Shown here piece by piece: positions 34,538 to 47,149 of a stretch of DNA of 64,000 nt. The notes under the pieces are model-generated. The model made no database searches. It was not told the DNA's origin and saw only the letters and a list, made by a program, of their open reading frames with translations. Both the position numbers and the translations under genes were made by a program. The number at the start of each line of letters is the position of its first letter. Positions within the stretch are counted from its first letter, which is position 1. Origin of the DNA: Mobula hypostoma (Eukaryota); the NCBI RefSeq assembly GCF_963921235.1, contig NC_086109.1:27778001-27842000 (forward strand), in the 5' to 3' direction.

Positions 34538-37020
34538 TTTCTCTTCCCTCAATTGGGAGTAAAGGATCTGTTTGGGGAGACCTATCGGAATAGGTCTCTG
34601 ATGATGCCTATTCATCGGAGTTGCTGCTGCTTTATCATGATGGAAATGCTGTTCATGTTGGCCACCTCTAGTACACTGATGTTAGTGTGCCTGTCTTTCC
34701 AGATGATCCTCAAAATCTTTTGTCAGGATCTTCAGTGATAGTGTTCCAGATCTCTCAGGTGCCTAATGTAGGTAGTCCATGATTCAACTCCACACAGTAA
34801 CATAGGCAGAAAAACTGCTCTTTGACCAGAAGTTTTGTTTGGACCTGTAGGTCACAGTCTTCAAAGACTCTTCTATAATCTTGCAGAGGCTCCACTAGCA
34901 CTACTCAGGCAGTGGTTGATCTTTGAGTTAATGTCTGCTTTTGAGGAGAGGATGCTGCCAAGGGAGGGAAAGTGGTCTAAATTTTCAAGAGCAATATGGT
35001 CAACTTTTATGGAGGGCTGGATAAGTGACTGGTTGGGCGGTGTCTGATATGGGACATGTAACTTTTTTATACTCAAGAGAAGACCCAGGACCCTATATGC
35101 CTTAGTAAAGAAATTCAGAGCATGTTGCAATCCGCATATTGCTGGTGGTGCTGACCTTGTTTTGGCCTTGAAGTGGTTGAGGCTGGAAAGACTGACATCC
35201 TTTCTATACACAATTTGGATTCCCTGTGGCACAGATCTTGGCTCATGAGGTGAAGGAAGGGGCAGCAATAAGGATGGAAAATGAGGAAGGGGATGGTACT
35301 ATGATGCAGCCCTGTTTGACTTCTTCTTAACAGTGAAATTCAGCGCCACTCTTGCTGAATGCTGTGGCTGGCATGCATTCAAGCAGCAGCTTCTGTATTT
35401 ATAAATACAGTTTCAGTACACCTTATCCAAAAAGGTTTGGGCTGGAAGTGTTTCAGTTTTCAGATTTTCCCTGATTTTTGAATATATATATAGAGATGAG
35501 ATAGTAATTTCTGACTCTGAATTTATGGACTACCATAAGCAGGCTTTGGCTTACAGTTATTCATCACACATATGTAATTAACAGTAAAAATTATTACATA
35601 ACATTAATATAATGAATATATAATGTGTGCAGGGTAACAAAACAGCACAGTGGCACCGGGACAATACCTGAATCAGCTATTGAACAACAACAAACAAAGG
35701 CAGGCATTCAGTCACCACCTACAATGCCATGCTTTGATTAAAACATTACAGCACACTGTACTTGTATTTTACTTTTCTTTATGTTTTGTAAAAAGTATTA
35801 AAACAATCAGCATCATAGACTTTTTCTGGTGTTAGATTTTCATGATCGGCAGACTGAAAATTCAATGCCATGCCTCCTCTTAAATTTTCGCAACCAGCCT
35901 TCTAAATATTCACAATTACCTTCAATTTCCAGATCGTTGTGATAGATCTTTGTCCGTTTCATGATCAGGGTTCCATTATGTTCACTCCAACACTGATGAC
36001 ACATGATCGAGATCTTCATCATCCACTTTATGCAATGTTTTTCTGGTTTTCATTAAATACCTGTTCACTACATATGTAAGGCCCCTTCTCAGAACCACCT
36101 GTGGTGCGCAGAGAGACCTGTGCTTCACATGGAAACTGTAGCATGTTTCATTGAAATGTTTATTTTATATGTTTTTGTCATAAATTCATGATTAATTTAT
36201 CACCTTAAAATATTTAATGTAAGGTTTAGTTAATGGGTCACATGACCAGAGTTAACAGGTCACATGACCAGAGTTTGATAAAAGCATGATTGTGGTATTA
36301 TGGGTCAGAACGAACATGGAAGCAGAGAAAGACACATGGCCCTAAAATAACCTCATTCTGCATGTGGTCCAAGAGATACACATGGTAACCGTTTTTCTTA
36401 ATTTGCTTTATATAATGTTGTTGAGGTGTCTTTATATGAACAGTGTGATACGTTTTAGTGATTTATTTGATTTCAGCACACTTCTGATGCGCTAATGCGT
36501 TTGAGCCTGTTTATCGGCGGACACTAGCTTGAGAGACTTTAAAAGACTGAGGGATGCATGTTTCAAACTTTATGTCCTTTATTTTCTTGTAGTTTTCATG
36601 GTGTCTACGGAAGAAAGAGAGAGAGAGAGAAATAAAAATAAATCTTCAAGGACATCTGTATGTTGTGTGGGCATTATTACATTGCACCGGTGCAGTTACA
36701 GAAACCTTCCCAGCAGCTTGTGGAATTTTCAATTTGTGATGTCATATCGACGCTCAAAAACAAATCCGATTTTGGAATTTCAGTTAAGGGGTAGTCAACC
36801 TGTACTTGTCAGGGCAGCCATGTCTTGATGGCATATGCCACAGAGCATGATCATCTACTGTATCAAATGGCTTTGTCAAATCTTTGAAAGCCAAATCCAA
36901 GGGCCTGGCTTCGTTCATGTCATTTTTCATTTAACTAGCATGCTACGAAATGCTGTACCCCTAGATGTGCAGGAATCACACTGCAATTCAGTGAGTACTT
37001 CTTCAGACAACAGAAGGAAT
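34538..37020 (-). mobile_element. RTE-clade LINE RT fragment interrupted by a Tigger4-like transposon
   Basis: EVLTELQC, AFKDLTKPFDTV..HGCPDKY (36805-37020); VKQGCII (about 35300); LENLDHFPSLGSILSSKADINSKINHCLSSASGASARL; LPKQILYSQLREE (about 34545). Confidence 0.85.
35408..36802 (-). mobile_element. Tigger4/Zombi-like pogo transposon, internally deleted, with a secondary insertion at about 36071-36640
   Basis: TA-CAGTTTCAGTACACCTTATCC..GGGGTAGTCAACCTG-TA (TA at 35406-07 and 36803-04); transposase remnant MKTRKTLHK..LIMKRTKIYHNDLEIEGNCEYLEGWLRKFKRRHGI. Confidence 0.85.
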
Positions 37021-37365
37021 TGGTTGCAAGGATTACCAACTCCAGTGGATAGGTCATGTCATCTGGATGCCAAACTCATGTCTCTCCAAAAAAATCCTTT
37101 ACTCCTAGTTGAAGGAAAGTCAGTGAGCCCCTAATGGGCATAGGAAACACTTCAAAGAGAATATCAAAATCTGATGTGCCACAGGAAACAAGCAGCAGCT
37201 GTTAAAGGAGAGACTGAACAACCAAAAGACCCAAACACTAACCATAGTCACCATTTCCTTTTGCCCACTCTGCACCAGAATATATGAATCCCAGATCAGC
37301 CTCTACAGCACCTGAGCATGCAGCCCCTTCGGAGAGCATCATACTCAACTTGAGAGATTGCACTA
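37021..37365 (+). mobile_element. RTE LINE 3' end, opposite in orientation to the adjacent RTE fragment
   Basis: LQWIGHVIWMPNSCL..ILYS*LKES..APNGHRKHFKENIK..CPLC; RTE-type 3' tail. Confidence 0.8.
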
Positions 37366-38565
37366 CTAGTACGAAATCCATTTTACAATGTTCATATTTT
37401 TTGTTATTGTGGATCCTATTATTAATGTCAGAGGACGACAATGTGCTGAAAGCACAAGCAAGTTCTGTACAATTTTGAGTATTTGTGTTGTAAATGCAGC
37501 ATATTAAGAACTATTGTGTGCACTAATTTTGAAGTGTATTCAATAAAATTGCTAAATTTAAATACATGTTTTGGAAAAAATGTAATTATAGTTACAAAGA
37601 ACACTTTAAAAAGGCCAAATGTTACTTTAGCCAATGATTTTTAATTTAAGTGATTTCATTGTTATTCCTTTTACTTCAGTCTTGTACAAACTAGCATCAG
37701 TGCTCTTCATTTGATTTGATAGGAATGATAAGGGGATTAAAGTTGATTGAGCCAAAGTATTTCCCTGCTACATTAAAACAAAAAAGTAAAGAAAACATCT
37801 AATTGGCCATTTCTAGTATGCAATACTTAACCCAAAACGTTTTATCACGGAATAAAAAGCACCATGAATCGAGAGTGGACAAGAAGTGCTTGCACTGCAA
37901 ACCCACGTTAAAACCAACAACATAATGCAATCAACATAGAAACAATATACTTAAGATGGGCAAATATATAAAAATTGCTTCAGTAGACTAAATTAATACC
38001 CACTCCAGTCAAAGTAGAAGCAATATGACATTTAAAAAAAATAAAGTAGCTGAGGAGATAATAGATCACAGGCAAATACCACAAAGTATTGTGATGAGAC
38101 AATCAGGCAGTAAGTTGCAAGTCTAAAACAGGGCTTCAAAATGATTTACCTCAAGTCAGTGTAGGCAATGTGCACACCAAAGACAAGACATGACTGTCAG
38201 TTTATGCCATGCATCATTGAAAGAAAGTAGGAGGCCAGTGATGCAGAAGTTAAAATGACAGTCTCAAGAACCTCAATGTCACAGTTATGAACAAAATTCT
38301 TTAGTCTTATAACAATAAGTTCCTATTGCAGAGTCTACTGTGCCATGAGCAGCAGGTACAACATACCAAACCAGAGGAAGGCGAATATAAGCTAGAAACT
38401 CAATTACAAGAAGAAACTCTTTTAAAAATAATTTACTAATTAAAATAAAATGACTTCTATAAATAGACAGTACATCAAGCAGGTCAAGAGTTGGTGTCTC
38501 AGACAGGATCCTTCTTCATGCTGTCCATAGTGGAGAGCCCTGGAAACCTTGCAACAAACAGGGCT

Positions 38566-39828
38566 ACATAAGAATATAAGAAATAGGAGCAGGAGTAGGC
38601 CATCCGGCCCATTGAGCCTGCCCCATCGTTTAATAAGATCATGGCTGATCTGTCCGTAAACTCAGCTCCATCAACCTGCCTTTTCCCCATAACCCTTAAT
38701 TCCCTTACTGTGTAAAAACCTACCTAACTGTTTCTTAAATATACTTAGTGAGGAAGCCTCAACCGCTTCCCTGGGCAGAGAATTCCACAGATTCACCACT
38801 CTCTGGGAAAAACAGTTTCTCCACACCTCCATCCTAAATCTTCTCCCCTGAACCTTGAAGCAATGTCCCCTAGTTCTAGTCTCACCTACCAATGGAAACA
38901 ACTTTCCTACTTCTATCTTATCTGTCCCTTTCAAAATTTTGTATGTTTTTATAAGATCCCCTCTCATTCTTTTGAACTCCAGAGAGTATAGTCTCAGGCA
39001 ACTCAATCTCTCCTCATAGGTTAACCCCTTCATCCCTGGAATCAACCTGGTTAACCTCCTCTGCACCTTCTCCAAAGCCAGTATATCCTTCATCAAATAT
39101 GGAGACCAGAACTGCACACAGTACTCCAGGTGCGACCTCACCCTGTATAGTTGCAGCATGACCTCCCTGCTCTTGAATTCAATCCCTCTAGCAATGAAGG
39201 CCAACATTCCGTTTGCCTTCTTAATAACCTGTTGTACCTGAAGCCAACTTTTTGCGATTCATGAACAAGCACTCCCAAGTCCTTCTGCACAACAGCATGC
39301 TGCAATCTTTCACCATTTAAATAATAATCTGCTCTTCTATTATTCCTTCCAAAGTGGATGATCTCGCATTTACCAGCATTGTATTCTATCTGCCAGACCT
39401 TGGCCTACTCACTTAACCTATCTATATCCCTCTGCAGACTCTCCACATCCTCTGTACAATTTGTTTTTCCACTCGTGTTGGTGTCATCAGCAAATTTTGC
39501 TACGCTACACTCAGTCCCCTCTTCCATTTCATCAATGTAAATGGTAAACAGCTGCAGGCCCAGCACCGACCCCTGTGGAACTCCACTCACCACTGACTAA
39601 CAACTGGAGAAACACCTATTTATACCAAGTCTCTGCCTTCTATCAGTTAACCAATCCATTATCCATGCCAATACACTTCTTCCAACTCCATACATCCATA
39701 CCTTATTTATAAGTCGCTTGTGCGGCACCTTATCGAACACCTTCTGGAAATCCAAGTATACGACATCCACCTATTCCCCTCTATCCACTGCACTCATTAT
39801 GTCCTCAAAGAACTCCAGTAAGTTTGCA
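38566..39828 (-). mobile_element. Relatively young CR1 3' ~1.25 kb
   Basis: SGVPQGSVLG..AKFADDT; 178-aa open stretch MLAFIARGIEFKSREVMLQLY..HLEYCVQFWSPY..TRGH. Confidence 0.95.
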
Positions 39829-40084
39829 AAAATTATTGTTGTGAAACATTATGTACAGCCAGTGAAATTACCCTGATCAGAAAGACAGCAAAAGAACAAG
39901 GTGTAAATGACAAGAGATCTGGGAACACAGGAGATGCATCATGCCCTATGAAGAAATAAAGGCGTGGCTGGGATTCGGTGCCAGGTCACAGTATCTCTCA
40001 GCTGAAGTGAATGAAGTTTAGCAGAAAGTTGAGGAACTTAACTAAAGTTGAGTTAATTGTGTGTAAATGTGTTTGTGCATGTGT

Positions 40085-40935
40085 CAAAGTTCAAAGTACA
40101 TTTATTTTCAAAGTATGTTTAAATTAGACAACCTTGAGTTTCCTCTGCTTACAGGCAGCCACAAAACAAAAAGCCCATAAGAACCCATTAAAAGAAAAGA
40201 CTAACAAACACCCACTGCACAAAGTGGGAACAACAAACACAATTTGTGCAAACAACAGCATTCGAAACTAAAGTGAGTCCATAGACATGAAGCCTGGAGC
40301 AGGCCTACAGCCTTAGCCTCAGTTCATCACAGAGTGGAGCAAAACGGTGCTCAGAGACATGAAGCCTGGAGCAGCCACAGCAGTGGTTCAGTGCCATGGA
40401 GAGCAAAGTAAACGTCACAGAGCAGTAAACAGACCCATCTCGACCCTCGACTCCTGTCCTGACACCCGAGTTTTTCAATCCATCCACTCTGGCGTTTATA
40501 TTATCCAAGCACCGGTTTGTCCTCGCACTAGGATCTGGGCACTGTTGCTTCGATGCACTCTGGGCCTGGACCCGCCGCCACACTCTGACTCGTACCCAAC
40601 CTTTCCAAGTCAACCCGGAGTTTAAGTTGATCAAACCTCTCTCCCGGTTTAGGTGGCTGGGCGTCGAAACTCCTGCACTCTGACTTTTCTTTGCTTCGCT
40701 CGCTCCAAATCCATCTCCGACACACCTTAACCTCGTTCCAACTTTGTATTGCACATGCACGACTCTACCTTCGAGTCAGCTACACCTTTGCTTGCCTCTT
40801 CACTGTTTGCGGTGATCATTTACGACAATTTTCCACAAAAAAAAGTGTCATTAATAAAGTATTTAGTTGTATTTCTTGCTTTCTGAACCAGCAGTAAACT
40901 ATTGCCCATCTTCAGTAAAGCCATATTAAACCAGA
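40085..40935 (-). mobile_element. ORF-less non-autonomous retroposon (same architecture as 53590-54612)
   Basis: (TTTGAAC)n tail and shared 3' UTR (ggctgcctgtaag..ctcaaggttg) on the minus strand; 5' end resembles that of 53590-54612. Confidence 0.65.
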
Positions 40936-41303
40936 AAACACAAGTATAATGAAAAGCAATGCAAGAAGTTGGAGTCAATTGAGGGTATTTCTCCAATTCA
41001 TAATTCAGTCTGCCTCTTCTGAAGCACTTTCCTTTATTATTTCTCCCTCTTTAGATGGATGGTGTCTTTTATAATGCCTGCCACATTCCATTATAATTTC
41101 ATAATAAACTTTGCCAACCAGGCTTAGTTTTCAAATACATGTTAATTTTATTAATTATCACTATATTCTTCATCGGTCCCTCAGATTGCCATTTCTGCTG
41201 GTTTCTGGTCTTTCCCAAGTTTCTGATAGTTTAATGTTTTAGGCTAGACAATTCAAATTTGGCTTTGGCGACATATTCTCCGATTTTCCAATCAGTGTAA
41301 TGT

Positions 41304-42159
41304 GTTCTATTTTAACTTCATCAGTCCACAGGACTTGATTCCAAAATGCATGAGGCTTGTTTAGATGTTCCTTTGAACCTTCTGAACAGAACTTTTTAGC
41401 CGCAAGGAGCAAAGGTATGTTTGGAGAAAAAAGGGTGCAGAATTTTTTGAAAAGAACCCCTCTCCAACTGTTAAGCATGGGGGGTGGATCGATCATGCTT
41501 TGGGCTTGTGTTGCAGCCAGTGGCACAGGGAACATTTCACTGGTAGGGGGAAGAATGAATTCAATTAAATACCAGCAAATTCTGGAAGCGAACATCACAC
41601 CGTCTGTAAAAAAGCCGAAGATGAAAAGAGGATGGATTCTACAACAGGATAATGAACATAAACACACCTCAAAATCCATAATGGACTACCTCAAGAGGCA
41701 CAAGCTGAAGGTTTTTCCATGGCCCTCACAGTCCCCTGACCTAAACATCATCGAGAATCTGTGGATAGGCCTCAAAAGAGCAGTGCATGCAAGATGGCCC
41801 AAGAATCTCACAGAACTAGAAGCCTTTTGCAAGGAAGAATGGGCGAAAATCTTCCAAACAAGAATTGAGAGACTCTTAGCTGGCTACAAAAAGTGTTTAC
41901 AAGCTGTGATACTTGCCAAAGGGGGTGTTATTAAGTACTGCCATGCAGGGTGCCCAAACTTTTGCTTCGGGCTCTTTTCCTTTTTTGTTATTTTGAAACT
42001 GTAAAAGATGGAAATAAAAAAAGCTTTCTTGCTTAAAATATTAAAGTAATGTATCATCTTTAACTTTATGCCTTTTGGAAATCAGTTCATCTTTTACTCC
42101 CTTAGCTATTCACAGTAACAGAAATTTCACCAGGGTGCCCAAACTTTTGCATGCCACTG
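41304..42159 (+). mobile_element. Tc1 (DD34E) transposon remnant, IR/DR type, 5' part lost or inverted
   Basis: GGSIMLWACV..LQQDNEHKH..WPSQSPDLNIIENLW (34 aa between D and E). Right end ..GCATGCCACTG-TA at 42159; 20-bp DR CAGGGTGCCCAAACTTTTGC at 41946 and 42131. The LWTDE segment is on the minus strand at 41304-41375. Confidence 0.92.
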
Positions 42160-42161
42160 TA

Positions 42162-42250
42162 CACACAAAATGCTGGAGAAACTCAACAGGCCAGGTAGTA
42201 TCTATGGAAAAGAGTGAACAGTCGACATTTCGGGCCGAGACCCTTAATCA
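42162..42250 (-). mobile_element. Short Penelope terminus with truncated hammerhead
   Basis: Minus strand: gattaagggtctcggcccgaaatgtcgactg plus family tail. Confidence 0.75.
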
Positions 42251-43394
42251 ATATCCAAGCGTTGTTGAAATGTTATTAGTGTACTTGCCTCAATTGCTTT
42301 CTCTGCCAACCATTCCACATATACACCACCTTCTGAATGAAGGGGTAGTTCCTCAGGTCCTTTTTAAACCTTCCCTCTCTCATCTTATTCCTTCTAGTTT
42401 TTTTTTTAATTCTCTTTCCCTGGGGAGAAAAGACTGTGACTATTCAGTCTATCTATGCCCCTCATGATTTTACACACCTATAAAGTCACCCTTCAGTCTA
42501 TTACACTTCATGGAATAAAGTTCTATTAAGTCAAAGTCAAGTTGTCATTTGCACAAGTACATGTTTGCACAGGCATAGTGGAAAGCTTTCTCACAGTAGC
42601 ATCACAGGCACCACATAAGCAGCGTTCATAAGAAAAACAAATTAAACAAGAACATCAATTAGAACAAAGATCAGTGGGCAGTTTATTCAGCTTGGCCAAT
42701 TAAAGATAGCAAATTAAAGTCAAATTAGGTACAGTATGGACTGTTGCATTTTTATCATTGATAAATGGATATTAAAATAAGCTTTACATCAACTTGAAAT
42801 GGATTCAGCTCTTTGCAAGTAGATACTGATCATAATTTTTTTCATAATGCTGGACTAGGATGAATGTTTTAATTAAAAATGTAATTGCCAATCAGCACTT
42901 GCATAGATATGAATGATAATAGATAAACAGTCAGAGTTTTTCATTCAATTATGGGATAAAAATTCATTCGTGGATGATAAATAACCCCTGACAAAGTGGG
43001 ACAATATTTACTGAAACCAGTTTAGGACTGAGAGGTTATCGTTGCCAGGATTAATTAAGTAGGTTGTGTAATTTTTCCCAGAAATGAACACATGGATTTT
43101 GAATTTGATCAGCTTGAACACTTCCTTTTGTAGGGAAGTCCAGAACTAGGGCAGCTACTAATAAATGAAATGAGGAACTTGTTTAACCTACCAGAGTTGT
43201 TCGTTAGAATAGACACGCACTATCACAAGGACTAGAAAGGTGACTAGAATTAATTTATTCAAGGGAAATGCACAAAGGAAAAGGAAATAAAAGGCAACCT
43301 TGAGGGTTTTATTTAAATGAAGAATGGAAGGGCCTTCTGGCTCCTCAAAGGCTTTCTTCCAACAACAACGTATGCACCTAAAACCTGATAACTC

Positions 43395-43630
43395 TGCCTG
43401 AAACTTTGACTGTACTCTTTTCCATAGATGCTGCCTGGCCTGCTGAGTTCGCCAGCATTCTGCCTGTGTTGCTCGGATTTCCAGCATCTGCAGATTTTCT
43501 CTTGCTCCTGATAACTCATTTCCTACTTGCCTGAGAAAAGTGCAGCCCCAAAACAGCAGTTTTTTGTGTGTGTGTGTGTGTGTGTGTGTTGTTTTGGATT
43601 TTCAGCATCTGCAGATGTTCTTCTGTTTAA
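43395..43630 (+). mobile_element. Penelope terminus fragments; (TG)n at 43566-43588
   Basis: gaaactttgactgtactcttttccatagatgctgcctggcctgctgag..ccagcatctgcag. Confidence 0.7.
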
Positions 43631-44534
43631 GATTTGTTTTATCTTGGATTTTTCCCATCTTGATCAGTATTTCTCTCCATCGTGGTTGCAGTGTGTAACA
43701 TCTATTAAATGTAATGCAATAACTTCTCCAGGCTACTTAGATTGAAATTCTCGTACTATTACCTCTTCCAAATCTCCGTCATATTTCTTTTCTTTACAAC
43801 CATTGCTCTGAGCAGGAAATGTTTAGATGGCCTAAAAACTGTGCAGCTATTGGAAAAATGTTATTTAACATAAAATTCCAGCTGTGCGGCAACAAAGGCT
43901 ATGCGCGCAGGAGCATTTGAGCTTCCGGACACCTGTGCAGTTTAGAGGCAACAGTAACTTCAACCAAGAAGGCCAAAGGCAGGAGATATAGAAGCCTGAA
44001 GTCCCTCACCACCAGGTTCAAGAGTGGCTAATTTCCTTCAACCAGTCATTTCTTGAACCAACTGGCACACAACACTGATCACGAGAGTTTAGCTTCACTA
44101 TGACCACTTTGATCTCCCTGTACTAAAATGGACTTTTTGCTACTTTTTGTCTTAATTGTGTTCTTTCCGGTAAAAATCTTTATGTTCTTGTGAATGTAGC
44201 TTGCCTGATGCGAGATACCTCTGATGTTGCTGCAAGTTTTTCATTGCACCTATACACACACGTACTTGTACATTTGACAATTGACTCCACTTGACTTTTA
44301 ACTTTGACTGATGTAATGTTTCTGAAGACCAAGAGTTGGGGTCAGGGGTGATTGGTTTCTTCAGAGATGGATATGCCATCATCTGTTGCCCCAAACTCCT
44401 TCATAGGTTGAACTTAACACTTCTACAAGGGAGGAAACATGCAGTGCATGACTAACAATATCATTAGGCATGTGTTAGGTGACAGGAAAATGTTAGACAT
44501 GAGCCAAAGAATTGCAAATGGAAGTGCCTAGGTC

Positions 44535-44990
44535 AATTTCATTTGGCATGTCATCAAAAAACTTGGCAAACTTCTATAGATGTGTGGTGGAAAGTGTGCT
44601 AACTGGCTGCATAACGGCCTGGTGTGCAAATACCAATGCCCTTGAGCAGAAAATCCTACAAAAGGTAGTGGATTCAGACCAGTACATCACAGGTAAAACC
44701 CTCCTAACTATTGAGCACTTCTGCAGGAAATGTTACCGTAGAAAAGCAGCATCCATCATCAAAGATCCTCACCACCCAGGCCATGCTCTTTTCTCGCTGC
44801 TGCCATCAGATTCAAGAAAAGTTACGACCCCTCAACCACCAGACTTTTGAACAAAAGGGGATAGCTACACTCATTTAAGGACTCTTTCATCTCGCTTTTT
44901 CATGCTCGTTATCTATTGCTATTTATTTATATCTGCATTTGCCAAGTTTGTTAACAGTTTACAGTTCCTGATGTTTACAGTTTACAGATC
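44535..44990 (+). mobile_element. Rex1/Babar-type LINE 3' fragment
   Basis: LANFYRCVVESVLTGCITAW..IIKDPHHPGHALFSLLPS. Confidence 0.88.
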
Positions 44991-45309
44991 AAACAAAACA
45001 GAACAGGCACATCAAACCCCAAATCCTTCCTCCTGCACAAAAAAAAATTAACGAAATGAAACAGGCAGATCAACCCCAAATCCCTCCTCCCGCACAAAAA
45101 GAACAAGAAAGATCTGGTGAAAAGCACAGAATACAAAATATCTATAAGATCGAAAAAAAAATTCTACTGTCCAAGTCCACATCCAAAGTGCAGAAAACCT
45201 GGGCAACATTCTTCAGGCACAGCAGCAGGGTCTCCCCTCTCAGGTCACAGCACAATTAAAAGACAGGAGCCAGTGTTCATTTTCTGCATACAACATAAAC
45301 GATGAGTTC

Positions 45310-46231
45310 ATACAGCAAGAACGATGAGTCAGCATACGGAGAGGAGGTGCAGCGGCTAACGGACTGGTGCAGAGCCAACAACGTGTCTCTGAATGTGAAC
45401 AAAACAAAAGAGATGGTTGTTGGCTTCAGGAGGACACGGAGCGACCACTCTCCGCTGAACACCAACGTCTCCTCTGTAGAGATTATTAAGAGCACCAAAT
45501 TTCTTGGTGTTCACCTGGCGGAGTATCTCACCTGGTCCCTCAACACCAGCTCCATAGCAAAGAAAGCCCAGCAGTGCCTCTACTTTCTGTGAAGGCTGAG
45601 AAAAGTCCATCTCCCACCCCGCATCCTCACCACATTCCAGAGAGGTTGTGTTGAGAACATGCTGAGCAGCTGCATCATGGTCTGGTTCGGAAATTGCACC
45701 ATCTCAGACCGCAAGACCCTGCAGCGGATAGTGAGATCAGCTGAGAAGATTATCGGGGTCTCTCTTCCCTCCATTACAGATATTTACACCACACACTGCA
45801 TCTGCAAAGCAAACAGCATTATGAAGGACCCCACGCACCCTCAGACAAACTTTTCTCCCTCTTGTCATCTGGCAAAAGGCACCGAAGCATTCGGGCTCTC
45901 ATGACCAGACTATGTAACAGTTTCTTCCCCCAAGCCATCAGACTCCTCAATACACCAGAGTCTAGTCTGACACCAACCTACTGCCCTCTACTGTGCCTAT
46001 TGTCTTGTTTATTATTTATTGTAATGCCTGCACTGTTTTGTGCACTTTATGCAGTCCTGGGTAGGTATGTAGTCTAGTGTAGTTTTTGTGTTGTTTTATG
46101 TAGTTCAGTGTAGTTTTTGTATTATTTCATGTTGCACCATGGTCCTGAAAAACATTGTCTCGTTTTTACTGTGTACTGTACCAGCAGTTATGGTTGAAAT
46201 GTGAATAAAAAGTGACTTGATTTGACTTGAC
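45310..46231 (+). mobile_element. Rex1/Babar-type LINE 3' ~920 bp
   Basis: NDESAYGEEVQRLTDWCRANNVSLNVNKTKEMVV..KFLGVHL..SFFPQAIRLLN; (GACTT)n tail. Confidence 0.92.
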
Positions 46232-46237
46232 TCGTAA

Positions 46238-46553
46238 ACATAGACATCTACAGGACATTACAGGCCCTTCGGCCCAAATGTTGTGCTGACCATGTAACCT
46301 ACTCTGGAAACTGCCGAGTATTTCCCTACCACATAGCTCTCTATTTTTCTAAGATCCATGTACCTATCTAAGAGTCTCTTAAAAGACTCTGTTGTATCCA
46401 CTTCCACCACCGTCACCGGCAGTGCATTCCACGCACCCACCACCCTCTGTGTGAAAAAGCTACCCCTGATATCTCCTCTGTACCCACTTCTAAGCACCTT
46501 AAAACTATGTCCCCTCATGTTAGCCATTTCAGCCCTGGGAAAAAGCCTCTGGC
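46238..46553 (-). mobile_element. CR1 3' end
   Basis: RGHSFKVL..FFTQRVVGAWNALP..FKRLLDRYM. Confidence 0.88.
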
Positions 46554-46554
46554 A

Positions 46555-47030
46555 TTAACCTCGATGCTTTAATCGACAAAAAATGGAAGATTATATTTGG
46601 CTTGCATCCTGTCCCATAGTCTTCTCGCCATGAAGTTTGTGCACGCTGCCTCTGTCTCCTGGAATCCTCTCGCAGACTGAAGGGCACTGAAGCACTCAAA
46701 CGATCTCTAAGCTTCCTCATTCGCCTCAGTGTTTCAATCTCCTTCATTGATTTAATTGGCGAACAAAGGAAGCTTTAATCGGCTCGCACCCTGTCCCATG
46801 GCCTGCCCGCCACAAGGTTTGCACATGCTGCCCCTGCCTCCCAGAATTCTCTCGGAGGCTGCAGAGAGCTGGAACACATAAACAATCTCCAAACACCAAA
46901 TCGCAGGCTCCAGAATCACATCCAAGACAAAAAAAAACACAGACATAAAATGCATTAGAAAAGTGAAAAATATGGTTTCATGATCTATCCAGATGTTGAA
47001 GGAGCATTGTATGCAGGCATCACCTTGACC
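46555..47030 (-). mobile_element. 5' part of a LINE-like or non-autonomous retroposon
   Basis: Minus strand starts ggtcaaggtgatgcctgc (degenerate CAAGATGGCG-type start); GC-richer body similar in style to 40085-40935. Confidence 0.45.
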
Positions 47031-47149
47031 AAAAGCTCCCCACTATATGGTACTGAAACTGAATACAATGGGTGGTCAAAGCTGCCCACACATCACCGGC
47101 ACCAACCTACCTGCCGTCAGGGACATATGTACAGAAAGATGCCAGAAAC

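Noticed and set aside
38671..39207. 178-aa ORF as a host gene
   Set aside because: It is the C-terminus of CR1 ORF2 in a 5'-truncated copy.
41357..42004. 215-aa ORF as an active or domesticated transposase
   Set aside because: It lacks the HTH and first catalytic Asp, and its N-terminal part is out of frame.
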